A DNA stretch of 64,000 bases from Octopus vulgaris. Taxonomy: Eukaryota. The DNA lies in the NCBI GenBank assembly GCA_951406725.2, contig OX597824.1, positions 57,660,001 to 57,724,000 of the forward strand, written 5' to 3'. Below are positions 39,535 through 54,239 of the stretch, piece by piece. Position 1 is the stretch's first letter; each line of letters begins with the position of its first letter. The notes under the pieces are model-generated. The model worked only from the letters and a program-made list of their open reading frames with translations, did no database searches and was not told where the DNA came from. A program made the position numbers and the translations under genes.

Positions 39535-39636
<102 letters not shown>

Positions 39637-40059
39637 GAGTTTACGGAGTGAATTTTTCAAAACTTCTTTTTGTAATGTTTGTCTATGTTGTCAATCAACT
39701 TGTTTTTGTTTATCCCTGTGATATTTTCTACGTGTATACGTCGTTGTCTTTGTTGTTATTTCTTTTGGTGCTTCTTGTCGTTGTGTTTTGTTGTCGTTGT
39801 AGAGTTAAAGTGACAGGTTTGGTTGTTGTAATGATGATTTTATAGTTTGTTGTTTTTATTGTTTTGGGCGTTGTTTCGGTGCATGTGCTGGTGTAAGACA
39901 ATTTGGTGTATTTTGGGTGTTTCGTCTACGTTAATGTTTTGTGGTGGAGACATGGCTTGTCGCCCTTTGTTTTGGGGCCTTTCTGCTGACTACTTGCCAC
40001 TCCCTGTGTTCCTCCGGTGTGCTAACGATCGTGCCAGTTTCTCAATAATAATAATTAAT

Positions 40060-41955
40060 GACTGCAAAAAAAAAATGGAACACCAGCGCTTATACAGAAG
40101 GACAATGAAAAGAGAAGGGAAGTCAGCAAATATAGACCTGTTACTTGCTTACCATTATTCTGGAAACTATTAACAGGTCTCATAACAAATGAATTATATA
40201 ATTTTCTGGAAAAGGGAAATCTATTGTCAGAGGAGCAAAAAGGATGTAGGAAGAAATCAAGGACAACTGCTCAACTGCTATATACTAATAGCAGAATATT
40301 AAATGAGGTACAAGTTTGGAAGAATTTATCAAATGGATGAATAAATTAGAGGACGTTTTACGACAATGTCCCGTACAACTAGGTTTTAGAGTACCTGAAG
40401 ACACTGGAGTCAATGAGAAGAAAAGCAACTTTTTAGAAAAAGCAAAGGAAGTGTTGGAAAAAGAACAGACATGTGCTAGGTAACGTGAAAAAACGCAAGG
40501 GCATTTTCTAGGGAAACTCGCTCTCTCTGTTACTCTTCATCATTGCGCTAATGCCTCTGTCAAGTATACTGAGAAAGTTCAGGCCTGCCTATGAGTTTAT
40601 GAATATCAAGATGAGAATAAATCTCCAACTTTATATGGATTACCTAAAGTTATAAATAAAAAAAATGAGGCATACATGTATTATTAGATCCAAACAGTGA
40701 AAGTATTCAGTAAAACTATTGAAATGCAGTTTGGGGTAAATAAGCACGCAGTATTAATTATGAGGGGAAACCGGGAGATAAAATCTGATGGCATAAAATT
40801 AACACAAGACATCATTAGATCGCTGTGAGATAATGAGAGGTACAAATATCTGAGTGTACTGCAAGACGATAAGATAATGAAAAGAGTAGTGAGGGAGAAA
40901 GTCACTAAAGAGTACAAGAGAATTAGGAAGGTAATCGAAACATGATTGGAGGGAATATCCTTAATGCCATAAATACATGGGTTATGTCAGTACTGAGATA
41001 CTCTGCTCCCATCTCGAGATGGACAAAGATCGAGCTACAGAACTTGGATAGAAGAACTAGAAAGCTACTCACAATGCACAATGCACTCCACCCTAAAAGA
41101 TTATACCTATCAAGAAAGGAAGGTGACAGAGAGTTACTAAACGCAAAAGGTACTGTGAGTACTGCGATACTGGGTCTGGAAATTTATGTTCTGCAGAGTA
41201 AAGAAAGAATACTATCGGCAGCTAGAGATACCTAAAAGGTTAGAGAATTCAAAGAGAAAGGGAAGAGCAACTAAGAAAGAAATGGCAAGAAACTGAATTA
41301 AATGGTCAATTCATACAATAAACCGAGAATGTTAGAAGTAAAATCGCTGACTCTGGTTGACGGACGGTAACTTGAAACGAGAGGTAGAAACGCTAATTAT
41401 AGCTTCTCAGGAACAACCTTTACAAAAATCTGATAAAAGGTAAAGATCGACAAAACTCAGTCAGACAGCAAATGTAGAATATGCAGAAAAGGAGACGAAA
41501 GAATCACTCTTTGAGTGAGTGCAGTATACTAACACAAATGAATATAAGCGCAGACAACTATGTAGGCAAAAGAGTGCATCGAGATGTTAGGCGAGTATGT
41601 GGCTAAAAACGTGGTTTGAACATGAACTAATAAAGTCAAAGCAAGAAGACCTGATATGATTATAGAGGACAAAATAAACAAACAGTATAACATCATAGAT
41701 TTTGCAATTTCTTATGATAGCAGAGTCGATACCAAAGAAATGGAAAAAAATTGCGAAATATCAGGATCTAGCCAGAAAGCTGAGGAGACTGTGGAAGACC
41801 AAGAAAACAATTGTTTCTGTAGCCATTGGTGCACTTGACACAACACCAAAATGCTACCTAAAAGACTGAAAGAGATTTGAATTGAAACTTGCATTACTAA
41901 CCTGCAGAAAAGTACCATCCTATATTCTGCAAGAATCCTCAGGAAATCCTTGAGG
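40060..41955 (+). mobile_element. Dong/R4 LINE, degenerate RT to REL region
   Basis: YRPVTCL, EEQKGCRKKS, GIF.GNSLSLLLFIIAL, LYMDYLKL, YKYLSVL, GNILNAINTW...LDRRTRKLLTMHNALHP, RPDMIIEDK...IIDFAISYDSRV, LQKSTILYSARIL. Confidence 0.9.
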
Positions 41956-42014
41956 TATGTTATTGTTGCTGTTGGGTGTTATTGATGTTGCTGTTGATGC
42001 TGTTCCTTGATTGT

Positions 42015-43022
42015 TTTTGACACATTTAACCTGTTGGAAGAGAAAATTATCTTCTATCTGTTCTCTAATATGGGCCAAAGCTCTTGTTTGCAACAGCTAG
42101 ATGTATCTTATTCTATTCTGTCTTCCTTTCAGCCACTCTGATCAAAAATATCCACTTGAACAGGCCATGCTCCATACCATTATTCTCCCTCCGCCCATCT
42201 TCATTTTATATAGCATCACTGGTTCACCTTTCGTCGGATCCATCAAAATTAAATCGCTTCTCATCAGTTATAATTACTTTGGTAAAATCAACATAAGTCG
42301 CCAACCATGATTTTGCGCAGTCTAAACTTGCCTTCTTAACGTTTTTGCTTAAATGAATTCTCCTCTTGTCCTTTCAATACTTGGATCCAATTTCTTTCAG
42401 CGTTCTTTGAACTGTTCAAATATTTACATATATTTCAGATTTCTCCTTCATTCTCCGTGCCGTTACCTTTTCTCCAGCTTCTGGTACATGGTTCACAGTC
42501 ATCTTCATTTACCTTTGAATTCTCTTCCCAACGACTTTTTCCTTCTTCGTTCAGTTATAGTCATTATTTAACATATATTCCCCTGTAGACTTCAAAATCT
42601 TCAAATCAACAGCTATTTTTTCAGCTTTAGACTATCTCTCTTCCTTTGAACTAAAGAAATTATTTCCTTTGAATGCATTTTCATCAAAAAAATTCTCAAG
42701 TAAAGATTCCTTGAAGGATAATGCTTATTGAACTACTGCTTGCTGCCTCTGTACTAGAAAATTTGCATAAAAATGCTTGAAGAGATTTCCAAGATGATGC
42801 TAAAGTAAGCATTTTGTTATATCTGAAAAATAGTGTCGTGTAATTTATATCAAAATATGCTAAAGGTTGTCGCAGTACAGAAAAGACTGAAACACGCATC
42901 TTACTAACAGTCGATTTAAAGTTCACAAGTAGGTGCTTAGCTTCTCAAAGTAGCTCCACGAAACAAACTTTCTAGACGTATAATTTCTCCGATGTCTGAA
43001 AAAAAATGGTCGACCCCCAGTA
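42015..43022 (-). mobile_element. Tc1-like transposon fragment
   Basis: Minus strand: ...CAKSWLATYVDFTKVIITDEKRFNFDGSD, GGGRIMVWSM, DNFLFQQ. Confidence 0.7.
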
Positions 43023-44189
43023 CTTTCAATAATATTATTATTAATAGTGTTAACTTAACTAAGTAAATGTTAAAATCAGTGTTTGGTTGATAAAAAAGAG
43101 GAAGTCTTTGTTTTAAATATGGAGTGGCATTTTGGGAATTAAGGGATAAAAACCAAAGAACTGTTTAAAGGAATTATAAGAAACATAAAGTGGAAAAGCG
43201 AAAAGAACATCAAACAAAAACATAAATAAAAAATAAATTAAAAATAACATGCAAATTTGTCAATGACGAGAAAGAGAATGAAAGAGACGAGTATTTCTTC
43301 AAATGTTTGAAGTCAGTTAATACATATTACGATTGCTCTTGTAGATGAAAGAGTTTGGGATATTGGACAATTAACAGAAGAAATCAAGGAGAAATTGGTA
43401 GGGATACAGGGTGGTGGTGCTGGGGATAATGGTGGTAGCGGTGATTGTGCTGTTGTTGATGGTACTGGTTATATTGCTAGTACTAGTAGTTGTTATCATT
43501 ATTGTTGTTGTTGGTGGTGGTGGAAGTGACGTTTCAAGGGGCAAGTAGGGAAAAAAAGGAACAAGGGCTTGATTTAGAAGGTGGATATATATCTATGTGT
43601 AAAAATGGTTTGAAGCATGAGAGTGGGGCTGAGAAATGAGGGGATTGAGGTGGTTTGTAGTTCATAGGTGGTGGACGGGGTAGAGAACTGGAGAAGAAAT
43701 GTGATTTATAAAGGTTAGAGTAATAATGAGATGTAGAAACGTTCAGTGAGGTAAGATATTTATAAAAGACATGCAAGCACACATACAAATATACACACAG
43801 ATAGCCCCCTTCCCCACATATGGAGGAAATAAATATCAGAGATGCTTTTCTCCGTGCTCCGTGCTGCATGAACTTTCCAGAAGTATTACAAGCTCTTTTG
43901 AATCTATGGCGACATTAAAAATCTTTCCGGATCATTAGCAGTTGTACCAAGTTCCAGTCCGGAAAAATAAAAAAATATCGATCCTTCTCTCTCTTTCTTT
44001 CTCTCTCTTTCTCTCTCTCTCCCTCTTTCTCCTCTCTTTCTCCCCCTCTCTCAGTGATTGAAAGATCCTGCCGTGTCACGCTAATTTCATGGATAGAAAA
44101 TTGTTTATCAGACTGTTAAATATTGTTTTAATATATACACATATTTGTTAAAAAATATATATTGGAGATTATTTCTTCACACTGCTAAT

Positions 44190-45590
44190 ACTCAACTTCC
44201 ATACAACTATCAACATGGTAGAATTCACTTTCGACGAAGTGAGGGCAATAATGGAAAAAACTGGAGCAAGTTCTGCTCAACGACCATCAGGTAACACATA
44301 GGATTTGCAAAAAACTGCTCCCTGTGGCCGAGAAAGCTAACAAGACTTTAACGTTCACTCTAGAAGAAGTAGGGACCTTGCCACCTTGCTAAAGCTGCTT
44401 TTCTCCCGAAAAAAAACTCAGCAGGACTTGATCGGTTTCAAGAGATCTCTCTATTAGATGTCAAGAAAAATATCTTTTGGTCTGTCATGACCAAAAGATT
44501 AACATCATATCTACTGGTCAACGAAAACAACACGAGTGTGGTAAAAGGGAAAGTCCCAGGTTATTCTGGAAGCCTTGAACATACATCAGCAACCAGCCAC
44601 ATTAGTAAGGAGGCAGAGAGGAAAAACAGAGTCGAGAAGTTCCTAAGTCGATGACAACACAAGGTATCTAGTTTTCAGAGCCTTCATGGATGAAGAATTT
44701 AAAACAAGACAGGCAAGAACAATCAGCACACAGCTTGTATGAGGATGATTAAGTCAGACATGCCAACAAACCATGAAGTGGAGGGACTAGAAACATATTG
44801 GGGGCACCCGGAAATTGTTGGAATAGTCTGTTAAGCACGGCTAGAACTTGGCAACTAAAGAGCCAAGAGGTGGAAAATACCAATGCCAGGTAGAAAACCC
44901 CCCAGATCAGAGTGCAAAGAATCCGGGATTCAACAGAAACGATTCTCGGTGTGAAGAGAGAAGTATTTGCCCACCAGGGACAAACAATATAGTGGGGCCA
45001 AGCACTCAAGCGCCCACTGTCGTGGAAAGAACTCTGGAATACTGACCAGGGAAAATTGTCCTCCCTCCTGCGTGCCGTTGCAGATCTTTTGCCAAATCCA
45101 GATAACCTTAATATATAGGACAAAGAGGCAAGCAACTCTGAACTAAATTTTGTGTGTAGCAACTCTGAACCAAATTTTAACTGTATGCCCGATAGCAATG
45201 AGAAAGGACCAATGTAGGTAAGAACACGGAAAGGTCCTTGCAGAAAATGCCAACTGGACAGACCCGCAAAGGGCTAAGGCCAACGAACAGTTGCCATCAC
45301 CACTCAAAGGTATCAGATTCCTTAGAGAAATTAACATGGGTCCTAAGACGTAAGCAACAATAGAAGACATATTTTCTATCTTGCATCTAGTCTCAGACTT
45401 GTAAATACAAATCGTAAGGCCAGGATCGTTTTCCGTGAGGAGGTTGCCGTAACATCACTCAGACCAAACATGCACCTGCTCCCCAAGAGTGCGAAGAAAA
45501 CTCATCATGGTTGAAATTACAGTGTCCTGGGAAGACAGACTTGATACTTCTTTTCCACCAATGGAAACCTAATTGCAAGACTTGGTCCTC
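44190..45590 (+). mobile_element. Hero-clade LINE, degenerate with deletions
   Basis: KRLTSYLLVN, KGKVPGYSGSLEHT, LSSLLRAVADLLPNPDNLNI, VTSLRPNM, LIMVEITVSWEDRL. Confidence 0.8.
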
Positions 45591-45843
45591 ATATACATAA
45601 GCACATATCTACATACATACATGCATGCATGCATACATACATACATAAATACATACATACATACATACTTACATACATATGAGTGTGTGTGTGTGTACGT
45701 GTATGTGTGTTTGTGTATGTCTGTGTGTATGTATGTATATATATATATGTCTGTGTGTATATATGTACATACATACACACAGACATACACAAACACACAT
45801 ACACAAACACACATATATAGATATATATAGATATATATGTATA

Positions 45844-45903
<60 letters not shown>

Positions 45904-45914
45904 ATGTAAAAACA

Positions 45915-46505
45915 ATTAAGATTCAAGTGAGTTCCAATGAATTCACATGAATGCGGTACTTAACTTAGATGCACCAGAAGTTAATACTATATAGTATTAA
46001 CAATAAAATAATGTGGGGTGATTATAGACAAGAAAAAAGCAACAAGAATGGATTAGTTGTTCAGTACAATTGTTTCATACGAAGAACAGCTTTATTAAAA
46101 GCTACAAATATTGCAGCAAATACATCTACATTATTATGGATACATTCATCTTCTCTGAGTATAAAATATCTCCTCATATCTCCGGAAATTACACCTGCAT
46201 TATTATGGATGGATTTACCTTTTCTGTGAAGCTAACAAACTTTTTTAACAACCTTTTATAAAACTGTGCATGATTAGAGAACATTTGAAGTCTGCTTACA
46301 ATGTAACTTTGCTTTTCATAGAACTCTCTTCGATACTTCATGAGTGTAGCCTCACCCCTAGGATGTTTGGAAAACTCATATGTGTTTTGGCTGATGAATA
46401 CGGGACACTTGTATTTGCTGCAATATTTGCAGCTTTTAATAAAGCTGTTCTTCTTATGAAACAATTGTACTGAACAACTAATCCATTCTTGTTGCTTTTT
46501 TCTTG
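45915..46505. mobile_element. PLE pseudo-LTR inverted-repeat module in (TA)n
   Basis: Arms ~46029-46124 / ~46411-46505; ~45945-46050 resembles ~26745-26842 (GGTACTT...TTAGATGCACCAGAA, GTGGGGTG, AGCAACAAGAATG). Confidence 0.8.
46386..46474 (+). ncRNA. Type I hammerhead ribozyme, long stem II (family H4)
   Basis: TTTGG-CTGATGA-ATACG...CTTAT-GAAAC-AATT-GTA-CTGAA; the inverted arm reads CGTAT, restoring stem II. Confidence 0.78.
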
Positions 46506-46536
<31 letters not shown>

Positions 46537-46576
46537 GTATGTATATATATATATGTATATATATATATACACACAC

Positions 46577-46616
<40 letters not shown>

Positions 46617-46959
46617 TATGTTTGTATGCCTGTGTGTCTGTATGTGTGTGCGTGTGTGCTTGTCACCGACTACTGCTTGACAACCGGTGCTGGTGTGTTT
46701 TGACGTCCCTGTAACTTAGTGACCGATAGAATAAATACCAGGCTTAAAAAAATAAAAAAGTACTGGAATTGTTTCACCCACCTCAGATTTTTCAAGATGG
46801 GGGTCCCAGCATGTCCGAAGTCTAATGACCGAAATAATTAAAAGAATATATATCCAGTGGGCATCAGTTTTTGAAGTCATTTCTATGAATTTGGACACAG
46901 AGCTCATCAAAGACTGCGCTTGAGAACAAATCGGTACAAATGATCTTGAGAATCCTTTT

Positions 46960-48035
46960 ATCATACCGAATCAATGTATTTACCGTCAGCATCGGTGGCT
47001 GCTTCAATACAGGTCGGAAGCGTTGACATGACCGAATTAGATTATCAATTTTGGATACAGTGATTGATATGGTGGACTTGTGAGGTTAAATGGTGTCATG
47101 GGAGTGTTGATTGACTCGGCTCTTGATTACATCCCATAAGTAATTGTCCAGTGGATAGTGGTCTGGTGACCTAGGAAGCCATGTGTCTGAGGGAACATAG
47201 TCATGGGGATTAGCCGCATTCATTCTTGAAATATTCTAGCCTTATGAAACGGTGCAGAGTCTTGTTGGAAGAAGTACGGTCTTCTTTTGCATACTTCGTC
47301 AGTCTGAGACCTCACAACCTTCTTCAACACCTCTGAACAGACTGTGACATTTACTTTTAAGCCCTGTGAGAAATAACATATCCTTCATTGCAGACGGACA
47401 GTTGCTGAGAACTTCGTATACATGACTGATGAAGCCTCATTTGGGTCTTTCCATAACCATCTGTCATTTCTTCGGTTTTCTCAAAAGTTTTCTCACTGAG
47501 GGAAACCATAGAATTCCAACCTTTTGGTGTTTCAACTTGTTTAGTAATCGCTTTGCACGAACCGAGCGACTCTCTCTTGTCATATCCAACATAAACTGAC
47601 CACTCCGCATCAAATACGATTCGTACAGGATGTCCTCATCCACAACTCTTCTGATGGTTCATTCTGAAACCTTGAGATCCTTTACAATGACTCTGACTTT
47701 TTTTTATCGATTATCGATTATTTCTTGGATTTTTTTTTTGTACACAATTATGTGTTCTGATTGTATAAGGGTTCTTTGCATGCGTTTTGCTGTTGAAGTT
47801 GGATCCCTGTCAGGAGCTTTCAGCTCCTTTGAACTTTGACAACGAAGGAACGGGCAACTTCCAGGAAGCGAGCTTTGTATCACTATACTGCGCTTCTAAG
47901 GCAATGCTTTTTCTTTTGCTGGATCAGCTTTTGTCTGACATTGTTTATCTGAAGAGTAAGGTAAAACACTTAAATTTTGAAAAAGGTAGGAGCTCCTAAA
48001 AGAGGTACCCTAAAAAACTTATGCACTCTGTATCT
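46960..48035 (-). mobile_element. Tc1/mariner (maT/DD37D-like) transposon, degenerate
   Basis: Minus strand: FSQGLKVNV, PYFFQQDSAP, WLPRSPDHYPLDNY; terminus near TACAGAGTGCATAAG. Confidence 0.8.
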
Positions 48036-48249
48036 ATATATTTATACACGTATATGCAGGTAGATAAAAATGGAAAGAATCTGTAGTCCTTGATACACAG
48101 TCTGAAAAGAATAGACCAACGGAGAAGCGATGTTCACTTGGAAAGTCTTTTATGTCAGATTGGCTTCATGAGGGCTGACCTGGGGTTAGATTTAAATTTA
48201 GGTCTGTCATAAGCCTCTGGAGTCATAAAGTCGGAGTTTAACCCTCTTT

Positions 48250-48440
48250 CCAACACACGTCTCTGAGTGAAATGCCGGTCCATCCCACGGCTAACCTGGA
48301 ACTCATTTAGAGATACGTGAACTGGAACAACATGAAATGAAGTTTATTGCCAAAAAACACAACGCATCACCTAGTTTGAGAATTGAAACCATGATCTTAC
48401 AGTTATGAGTGCAACACCCTAACCATTAAGCCACTTTCCT
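48250..48440 (-). mobile_element. tRNA-derived SINE head (family D-like)
   Basis: Minus strand GTGGCTTAATGGTTAGGGTGTTGCACTCATAACTG...GGTTTCAATTC, similar to ~56120-56250. Confidence 0.65.
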
Positions 48441-51400
48441 TCACAGCTGGGATTAAGCAAGTGGAAAATAACTCTTGAGAAGGTCATGGAGACTACGGCG
48501 TTTCAGTTGAGCCAACTTCCTTTAAAAATCTACAGATTTACAGGGAAATTTTCATAATTTCTCCATTTCTCTTGCTATTTTAATTTCAGTCTGTGTAAGA
48601 TGTATTTTTTAAACTTCTTTTTCATCAAAAGAAAGTGTGGTGGTTGTTTATATCTCTACCGGCGTGAACATGAAATATTTTAGTTTTCAGAAATACTTAT
48701 GGATTTTCCAGACATCTAATATACCAACACACTCTTATTCTGTTCAATATTAACATGGTCGTAGATTTAAAAAAAACTTTTTTAAAGACCTTCTCATCCA
48801 CAATTTTCCCTTGGTCTTCATTCTGTTTGTATTAAAACGATATTGGCATCTGATTTTTGTTTACATTGCTAAATATTAACGGTGTAAGTTTCAAATAATT
48901 TTCTCTAATTGAATCTAGCAGTTGCTTGGTTTATTCGTCTATATTGGAGTAATTCCTGTCAAAAATCCTTCATCTTCCCCCACTTCATCTGAAATTTACA
49001 CTTTAGACTCTCATCCTTTCAAAATGTTTCGCAAGTCAGTTTCTATTTGGAAATATATTCTTGTTTGGAGAGTCGGCTAAGTTCTAAATGTGTATTTTTT
49101 TTTCTTGTTATTCTTCGTTTCCTTCAACTCAAAATTTTTTCATTTAAAAGTTTTTATAAAATTTGATATATCCAAATAGCTCTTGGTGTAGTATACTCAA
49201 TGTAAATAAATCGCGAAGGCAAATTAACTGCCGTATTTGCTCGGAGATAATATCGCTTATGTAGGTGTCGTGTTTAAAAACCAAACTGAAATCGGAAGCA
49301 AACTGAAAACATGCTAGAAGTGACTGGTAAGTATGTTAGAAGCATTTCCACTGGTGGAATTACCAATAGCGTCTACTCTAGCCAACTGCATGCAAAGGTG
49401 AGATTTGCTGCCATCGATTCAGGAAAACTGGATACAGAATCATTGGTGTTTCAAATAATCACCTGGCTGAATAAATATCCGTTCATGCAACAGAAACTGA
49501 ACTGGAATAAAATAGCCATCTATGTATTACACTTAATGTAAATACATCGTGAATGCACGTGCTGTATTTATATATTTACACAATATATATTGGATGCATG
49601 CGAAAAGTGTCCCAGCAGAGACTGGTGGAAATACTCGCGATCTATTAACATTAAGTATAATACACAGATTGCTATTTTAATTTAATCTGCCTCTGTTGTA
49701 TATAACGGATTAATGTCTTCAATTTCTTACATGGGGAATAATAGAGTGATATTAGTTTCATGGCTAGTTTATTTCTTACTTCTTTAAGTGTGGATTTTTG
49801 TTGTCTGAATATGTTTTTCATGGGCAAGGGCGAGCACCTGTTAGCTACTACAGATTCCGTTGAAATCTTGGGCTGCAACATGGTGGATATGAGTTATTTC
49901 GGCAGATTAAATTATTGAGTCAATGTTGAATATAACTAGATGCTGAACGGATGAACAGTTGACACACTGTCAGCGGTCAGGATCAACCAGATCAGTTACC
50001 GAACTACTGCTATCATATGTAATCGTAGCGTAGGCAGACGAGACATTCAGCTATTAAAAAACCAATATGACTTATGGATCCAGGCAAGTCACCCGATAGG
50101 ACAATGATGATGAAATACGTCTCTCTATGGATTATGGGATATGGGAGAATTTGATTCAATTAATGTTCAGTCCGAACCATTTGCTGGATGTCTGTTGTGA
50201 GTTTGTTGTGTACAGTTTAGTGATAGGAGGGACAAATGAATATACAGCCTATAGATCGATGCTACAACAGAAAGCAAAATATTAAGAGAATGACTTAGTG
50301 ACTCTCAAAACGAAGACTCAGTCGAAACACATGTAACAGTGCGTGTGCGTGCGTGGTTGTATGCGAACTAAATATTTTCTCTCTCAAAAAAATTCCAGTT
50401 TTAGTGATGATGACGATGATGACTGTTATGTAGCTATTTGTCTGGATAGTGAATTGTGGCTGGTGTCAGAAAGAGCGCAAGGACATTTTGTTCAAGACTC
50501 TTTACAGTGATGCACTACAAAAAATTGTTGTATGTTTAAAAATAATGGTAGAACTGGGGTAGAAACGGCGGTAGAGTCGGGGTAGGAACACTGATTGAGT
50601 TGACGGATATTGGTACGATTGGAACAGAAACATTGATAGAATTGCAGTAGAATCAGTGATGGATTTGGAGTAGAAATAGCGATATGTGTAATAAAGATAA
50701 TTTTGAGAGATAAGAGATCGATTAACTACTGCAAGGTGGTGGAGAATTTGCAGAATGTCGTTGAGTGAATACAAGTCCGTTAACAACTAACAACAGAAGT
50801 GATATACATTATAGTTTACCATGAAAAGTGAAGTGGGACCGAAGGCGTTTGAGAAGGAATATAAACTAAGTATCATGAAGTACTTGTGTTTTTAGTGATT
50901 TTAAGGCAAACCAATGGCCGATTTTAGCTGATTTTACATCAATACATAACCCTTTGTTAGAGTCCATTTTCCTGTTGCAAACTTTCAAACCAGGTCACAT
51001 GTGTGTATAACATAAAGAATATAGCAACTAGAGTCGTAAACATTGAGTGTTTAGCTCAGATTGAATCAGGGAGGAAAGCTAAAATAGAACAGACATATAT
51101 AATTACTAATTAACATTTGAATTGTTCCTTTTTGTATGTTCACCTTTTGTATAAAAGGCTGAGGTGTTCTTAGATAAGATGGTACATGATATTTCTTCTT
51201 ACACAAAGTAAAACTTCCTCCTGGATGTTACGCATCCGTTATTCAATGATGAGAACCTTTTCATGATGCACTCCATCCTACAATCTCAATGAAAAAGCAT
51301 CTTTTCTAAAGGAACCATAAAGTATAGTTAAGATTCAGTTCGGTTAGATAAATAAGATACCAAATATCATAAAGGGTTATAACGCAAGTATTGTGTAGCC

Positions 51401-51557
51401 ATATCAATGACAGCAACAATATCTGACATGAAATCACCGAGGAATGGGAGTATCCTCCCTGAAAAGCACAATCCTGGAAATATTGTATATGTCACCAACA
51501 CATTCGCCATCTACACATCACTCTGCTACATAGTGCTGAAGGCATCCAGATGACAAA

Positions 51558-51713
51558 TTGGTTTCAAAGTTTTGGCGCAAGGCCAGAAATTTTGAGGAAG
51601 GAGCTAAGTCGATTAGATCCTGAAGGATGGAAGGCAAAGGCTGAATTTGAACTCAGACTTAATGCCGTTAAGCATTCTCCCAGCATGCTAACGATTCTGC
51701 CAACTCGTCGCCT
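51558..51713 (-). mobile_element. SINE family B
   Basis: GCTAACGATTCTGCCAACTCGTCGCC and GAATTTGAACTCAG. Confidence 0.75.
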
Positions 51714-52508
51714 TTCATCCAAATAACATTAAAGTAGTTTCACCAAGACAACTCATGTTTTTCCATCGACAACTTATTAGCAGCACCTCTTCATTTCGAA
51801 AACATTTAGAAATTAGTGATTGCTGGATGGAATATGAATGTCACATGAAGAATTAAAGACATTGAGCGCCGATGATTACAAATGATCAACGTTTGAGGAC
51901 TGCTATTTTACAGAGAAGCTCTAGCTCCATTTTTACCTGACCCTCCTTTAATCTTGAAAGAAATGACAGGGCTTAGCTCAACTTGCCACATTATATGTCA
52001 ATGTTCTTATTGATTGAATTTAAAGGAGGAACACCTCCTGTTGCTTAGTGAAAAGAATATTGCCGGCATGACCACGCAGGGTCGAACGTTTTAAGATATC
52101 ACAACTACTATTTTAACTTCTCTCACTGATGAATCCTGATGATCGCACAAAACCATCAGGTACGATGGAATAAATGTGTTTTCAACATACATTTATAGAT
52201 ATAAGTTTTCTGATGTTTTATAACATAAAATTTATTACAAAAAACATCATTGGTGAGTCTTCGAAAATAGTTCAGAAATGGAAAAGCTTTGAAAAAAATA
52301 GTTATATTTACGCACAAGTTCATACCTACATAATATGCACACACACACACACACACCCACTATGCAAACAAGTGTATACTTATAGACACACATTCGCGCA
52401 TACAGAATAAATCACGCTCTTTCTCGCTGTCTCTCGCTATCAATTACACACACACACATACACACTAGTATATTTGTATGTGTGTGTATGTGTGTGTGTG
52501 TGTGTGTT

Positions 52509-52600
<92 letters not shown>

Positions 52601-52933
52601 CATGCATATCCACGCATAGTAATGTGTAAAACTAACAAAGCAAGACTGACATTTGAGTCCCACAGGTATCCATGTCGGAAGCGTCTCTGATATCTCACCC
52701 TCTCCCTCTTCTCTTCCTCACCCACCTTCTCTTCTCGACCTCTCTCTCCCCCTCTCTTTCGCTTCACTAACAGACCTGACAGGAACAAGGGCGGAGGTTA
52801 CTTATCCGTTTTCTCCGCTTTTCTTCGTGTTTGATGACCTTCTCAGTTGACGATTGGGTAAAAAGACACTGGAGAAAAATGCTTAATAGACAAGGAGGTC
52901 AAAGGTGGGAGCAACATGTTTTTCAGGTGTGTA

Positions 52934-52969
<36 letters not shown>

Positions 52970-53019
52970 CTCTTGTGTGTGTGCGTACGTATATGTGTGT
53001 ATATATATATATACATACA

Positions 53020-53067
<48 letters not shown>

Positions 53068-53106
53068 CTCTTGTGTGTGTGTGCGTACGTATATGTGTGT
53101 GTATAC

Positions 53107-53177
<71 letters not shown>

Positions 53178-53679
53178 TATACGTATGTATATGCATATAC
53201 ATACATATGCATATTTATGTGTGTATGTGTGTGTGAAGGATACACGGAGTGAAAGAGAGGGGGAGCAGAACGAGAATAAATGTTAAATACTGTGCAGGTA
53301 AAAACGAAAAAAGACCGATAGTGGTAGTGGAAGAGGGAGAGAGAGAGGGAGGGAGAGGGAGAGAGGAGAAAGAGACATAGAGAGTGTGAGAGAGAAAATA
53401 ATAACCTGATCCTTGGGTATCAAAAATTTAGTGACTTCAAGTTCAAAACTAACAGCTTGTACACACAGAGGTAATGTAAATAATGACGAAGAAATGACAA
53501 CTTCTCTCCCTCCCTCCCTCCCTCTCTCCCTCTTCCCCTCTCTCTTTGTAATATACAGTTGTGTGTGTGTGTGTTTGTGTGTGTCTGCGTATGGAAAGAT
53601 GAATTCATAGTTGGATACACAAGCACAGGTATATATATATATATATAGCATTAGTGCATGTGTGTGTGTATGTGTGTGG

Positions 53680-54058
53680 CACTCCATCGGTTGCGACGAC
53701 GAGGGTTCCAGTTGATCCGATCAACGGAACAGCCTGCCCGTGAAATTAACGTGCAAGTAACTGAGCACTCCACAGGCAAGTGTACCCTTAACGTAGTTCT
53801 CGGGGGAGATTCAGCGTGACACAGAGTGTGACAAGGCTGGTCCTTTGAAATACACGTACAACAGAAACAGAAAGAAAGAGCGAGAGAACGTTGTGGTAAA
53901 AGACTACAGCAGGGTTCGCCACCACCCCTTGCTGGAGCATGGTGGAGCTTTTAGCTGTTTTCGCTCAATAAACACTCACAACGCCTGGTCTGGGAATCGA
54001 AACCAAAATACGATCCTACGACCGCGAGTCCGCTGTCCTAACTACTGGGCCATTGCGC
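53680..54058 (-). mobile_element. tRNA-derived SINE, family C
   Basis: Minus head GGCGCAATGGCCCAGTAGTTAGGACAGCGGACTCGCGGTCG...GTTTCGATTCC. Confidence 0.88.
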
Positions 54059-54068
54059 CTCTACACAT

Positions 54069-54120
<52 letters not shown>

Positions 54121-54239
54121 GTATATATATATATATATACACACATACATATATATGTGTGTAATTGTATGTGCGTGTATGTATTTATGTATGCGTGTAT
54201 GTATGTTTGGATGGATGGATGGATGGATGGATGGATGGA

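Noticed and set aside
50302-50340. CGA-AGAC(TCA)GTC-GAAAC-ACAT-GTA, 3' half of a minimal hammerhead
   Set aside because: The CUGA box is destroyed; at most a fossil.
50500-52150. Complex sequence that might be a decayed coding element
   Set aside because: No long ORF or recognisable motif by eye; needs BLASTX.
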